A stretch of DNA of 64,000 nt from Octopus sinensis (Eukaryota), in contig NC_043016.1 in NCBI RefSeq assembly GCF_006345805.1, positions 21,514,001 through 21,578,000 of the forward strand. The letters run 5' to 3'. The notes below the pieces were generated by a model. The model searched no databases, had not been told where the DNA came from, and saw only the letters and a list, made by a program, of their open reading frames with translations. Position 1 is the first letter of the stretch, and the number at the start of each line of letters is the position of its first letter. Position numbers and translations under genes: made by a program. Of the stretch, positions 60,300 through 64,000 are shown one piece after another.

Positions 60300-60720
60300 A
60301 TGATATCATTGTCATCATCTTTCTTTAACATCCGTTTTCCATGCTGGCATGGGTTGGGTGGTTTGACAGGGCTGGTTACCCAACCTAAGACCAACCATTT
60401 TACAGTATGTAGAGGGCATATTCTTTGTGCTAACAGCACAAATGAAGTCAGCAAATAACTTGGCTAGACGAAGAAAAAAAATAAACAAAAGGAAAATGAG
60501 AAAGTACCCTTGATTAAATGGGAGTGTATTTGAGAGAGGAGGAGGTGGCTTTATGCCAGGTGTTGAAGCCTACAATATGATAGTTGGACAAGTATAGGTG
60601 TTTTGCTTTAGAGGAGATACATGGCTACCCTACATTATATGCAGATGGCTGAGAGCAGCTAGAAGGAAAATAATGGTTGTGGTGAACATACTCTGAAGGT
60701 ACTAGGAAGTGAGCATAAAG
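60300..60720 (-). mobile_element. Old RTE-tail retroposon copy
   Basis: ATCCGTTTTCCATGCTGGCATGGGTTGGGTGGTTTGACAGG after a (CAT)-like tail. Confidence 0.65.
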
Positions 60721-61074
60721 GAGAATATAGGCTGTGGAGGATGGTTCATAAGAGTGTGAGAGGAGAGTGAAAGATGATTAGAGATGGGACTGGAGGTAAA
60801 TGTGGTGGGTGATGAAATTAATTATAAATGTATATAAGAAGGAGTTTTTATACTTGTTCATAAACAAATTTGGCAAAAAATTTCCATCTCGCAGTTGTAA
60901 AACCTATACTCACTCTAGTGATTATAACCTTAAATATGTGTGAGTGCAAGGTTAGAAATATACAGAAATACTTTGTATAGTCCATGCTTTATTATATAAT
61001 TAATACAATACATGTATGTGTGTGTGTGTGAATTTCTTTGAAAATAAGAGGGAACATATGTTAATGTGCAAGAA

Positions 61075-61901
61075 ATCTGCTGCCCCACTGATATTTAGCA
61101 GGGTGCATGCTTGTTCAGCTCACAAAAGTCAAACTTTGTTCTTTGGACTACAGCCATCATCATCAGCACACCACTCGTTGCCTCTTCTTCCCATCATATC
61201 AAAATCCCCTCCTCTATCCATCTGTCCACTTCTCTCTCAAACCTGTTCCTAGCCTCTCTGCTAAGAGTGTGCTTGTAGCAATTCACTCTGTGTCTCAGTT
61301 TTGTGGGGAGGCTCTTCTTTCCAAAAATACTCCGCTGTCCATCTTTTTACCATCAGACTCAGCCTGGAAGTTCCCACCACTACATCAGTCCCATCCACTA
61401 CCTCCCTGACAACAATCACTTCATCAATGTCCCTTGTACCTCTTGCTCTACTTCACTGATAACCTTGTACCTAACATATGTACCATCCACTGCACTGAGG
61501 CTAGTTTTTCCTCCCCAGCTCCCAACCATTTTTACATCACCAGGGTTGTTGTGCAACCCATATCAACAAGAGTTCATGCTCCCCTTACCTCCACTGGGTA
61601 ATGTAGGTGCACCTCTAATCAATTGCTGGGGGAACTACTGGCTTTGTAGTTCCCCTTTGTTTGATTCCCTGTTTGCAATAGCTTGCAGTGTCTGGGTTGG
61701 GTACATCAGTAACACACCACTTCAGATTCTGGTTCTGTACAGCCTGTGACCACGTGTAGGACCCCAACACCTAAAGCATAGTCCCTTAGACATTTGTCTT
61801 GTCATACTCCTGCTCCTTCATCCTACTCATATTCACCGTCACAGTTACTTTTGTGAGCTGAACAAGCATGCATCCTGCTAAATATCAGTGGGGCAGCAGA
61901 T
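61075..61901. repeat. 55-bp inverted repeats flanking ~720 bp
   Basis: 61075-61129 versus 61847-61901, one mismatch; an additional 13-bp outer match AACATATGTTAAT. Confidence 0.8.
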
Positions 61902-62136
61902 GTATGAGTAGAAAACTTGGGGGAATGGAAGCAAATGACAGGAACAACTATGATTGTTGACCTCAGATTAACATATGTTGTTCTTTGTTAACACTTGCAT
62001 CTTATCCACTAAGTCATCCACTAACATTGTGTTTATATCTGGCAGCTGCTGTAACCTCACTGAGATGTGATTGGGGAATCCAGTCACAAAAGCCAGCTTC
62101 ACAATCTACATATAGAGGTATATATATGTATGTGTA

Positions 62137-62196
<60 letters not shown>

Positions 62197-62867
62197 TGTA
62201 TGTATGTATGTATGTATAACAGTAGTGTGAAGTCAAGAGATGCAAGTCATGCACTACATATCTGTTGATCTTTATATAACTCAGAAATTAAAATAAAAAA
62301 GAACGTAATGTATTTGTTGCCACATTGAAAAGTTGTTCAAATCATTGGAAACTGAGCTAAAATAGTTGCTTCGTTTCAAAGGAAACCCATCCAAATTCGA
62401 TACTTTGCTGTATTTATATGCTCTTTTCTGCTTTCTCTAGGCTTTGTTTCAAGAAAAACGTAGATGAAATCTTTTGTCCTTCCCTTCTTATCTTTCAACA
62501 ACTATCATTTCTCTCCTGCCTATCTGTAAAGTCAATGCCTGTAAGATTCTTTATCTTGAAGGCATGCTTTGAAAAAACAAATGTTTCAGCTTTAGCTCCC
62601 CTTCTGTCAGTTCTTCTTTGTCAACAATTCTTTGTAAATGACGTCACTAATATGACAGTCTAAATGGTTGAATGGGTTTGGCTTTTTGACCCGTAAAAAT
62701 TCTGACCAAAGCATATCAACAATCCCATAATTCTTAATTAGTCAGCTCAAATGTTGCCATGACTTTCGAATATCTATTTTGCTCTGTTGTAAGTTTTGAA
62801 ATTATTATCATTAACCATCTTCTGTATTGAACAAATTTTCAAAAATTCTGAAGTCAGACATATAATA

Positions 62868-63205
62868 TACTCTTTTTTACTCTTTTTACTTGTTTCAGTC
62901 ATTTGACTGCGGCCATGCTGGAGCACCGCCTTTAGTCGAGCAAATCGACCCCGGGACTTATTCTTTGTAAGCCCAGTACTTATTCTATCGGTCTCTTTTG
63001 CTGAACCGCTAAGTGACGGGGACGTAAACACACCAGCATCGGCTGTCAAGCAATGCTAGGGGGACAAACACAGACACACATACATATATATATATATATA
63101 CATATATACGACAGGCTTCTTTCAGTTTCTGTCTACCAAATCCACTCACAAGGCATTGGTCGGCCCGGGGCTATAGCAGAAGACACTTGCCCAAGATGCC
63201 GCGCA
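62868..63205 (-). mobile_element. Young tRNA-derived SINE lacking its 5' head
   Basis: Nearly identical to 36246-36610. Confidence 0.9.
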
Positions 63206-63531
63206 TATAGCTAATTAATCTTTTGTTTATTTTACTAAAATTGTCTTTCCATTTTTTTGAAACTGATTTGCAATTCATGCACACACTCACACACACATGC
63301 ACTTTTTCTTTCATAAGATTTCTCGGATTTTCAAAATATTTGTCTAAATGACTGAAATGTATGTATAATTTGTATTCTAATCTTATATGTATTGAATTAT
63401 AAGATATATATGTATGCTATTGAGGTTCTCATTTTGTTAAATGAATAAATAATCCAACATTATAATATCCGAAAGTTGATGAACAAACTAAATTTGTTTC
63501 TCCATTTTCTTATTTGTATTATATATATATA

Positions 63532-64000
63532 CTAGCAGAGATACCTGGCATTGCTCAGGATTAAAATGGCATAGTTTGTATATATATATATATATATGTT
63601 AAAACACGTGATATGGGAAAGTGCAGTATTGATGACAAAACATTTGTGGAATAAATGATGGGCTAATTTGACTAAGCGACTTGTCATTTACCTTTTTAGA
63701 GTATTACAGGCCCTAACCAGCCATGGAAAATTGGGGGTTGGTTGGGGCATGTGGTTTTTGAATGCACCAAAAAGCTGTCAGTGGATATAATCTCCTTTGC
63801 AGCAGTTGGCGCTGCATCTAACATGACCCATTGTCTGAAGTTTTGACATCTCTTTTGAGTTTGTAGTCCTACATCACTCATAAAGCAAATTTGGAGGAAC
63901 TCTGGTTGTTCATTTGTGGGTAACAGGGAAACAATGAGGTGATAGACTTGCCCTTAAACTTTGAACATTGGCATAAATCCAAGTTCAACTTTCTCCTTAG
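63532..64000 (-). mobile_element. Internally deleted Helitron (Rep N-terminal region and 3' terminus)
   Basis: GFMPMFKV*GQVYHLIVSLLPTNEQPEFLQICFM at ~63870-64000; terminal hairpin CCTGAGCAATGCCAGG followed by CTAG ending at 63532. Confidence 0.8.

Noticed and set aside
62380-62760. Charged minus-strand reading frames suggesting a transposase
   Set aside because: Multiple stops and no recognisable motif.

Overview
AT-rich, microsatellite-dense animal DNA. The repeat content (RTE LINEs with (ATG)n tails, tRNA-derived SINEs with internal microsatellites, long (TA)n/(TATG)n tracts) suggests an octopod cephalopod; this is inference from repeat content only. One host gene is supported: a + strand PX-BAR sorting nexin (SNX5/6/32-like) with exons at 15446-15601, 19648-19746, 23628-23758, 27305-27380, 39920-39994 and 59918-59948. 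It continues past the window, and one expected linker exon is not visible (possibly in the N gap at 28736-28835). Most of the rest is transposable-element debris: Gypsy, Copia, Tx1/L1, R4-type, RTE, Penelope-like (PLE), mariner, Helitron, SINEs and MITEs. The six-frame ORF track is dominated by microsatellite and TE artefacts. The main discovery is a non-coding ~362-bp tandem array (43881-46787) in which every unit carries a type I hammerhead ribozyme with a compensatory U3-A8 core and a palindromic helix III, i.e. a retrozyme-like element. The array is built as two divergent arms whose outer ends both stop at CTATTAT next to (TA)n. A much older monomer of the same family at 11951-12236 shows helix I covariation and the same two termini. 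About nine further PLE-type hammerheads (intact to decayed) and several divergent foldback elements also occur, most inside introns of the sorting nexin.
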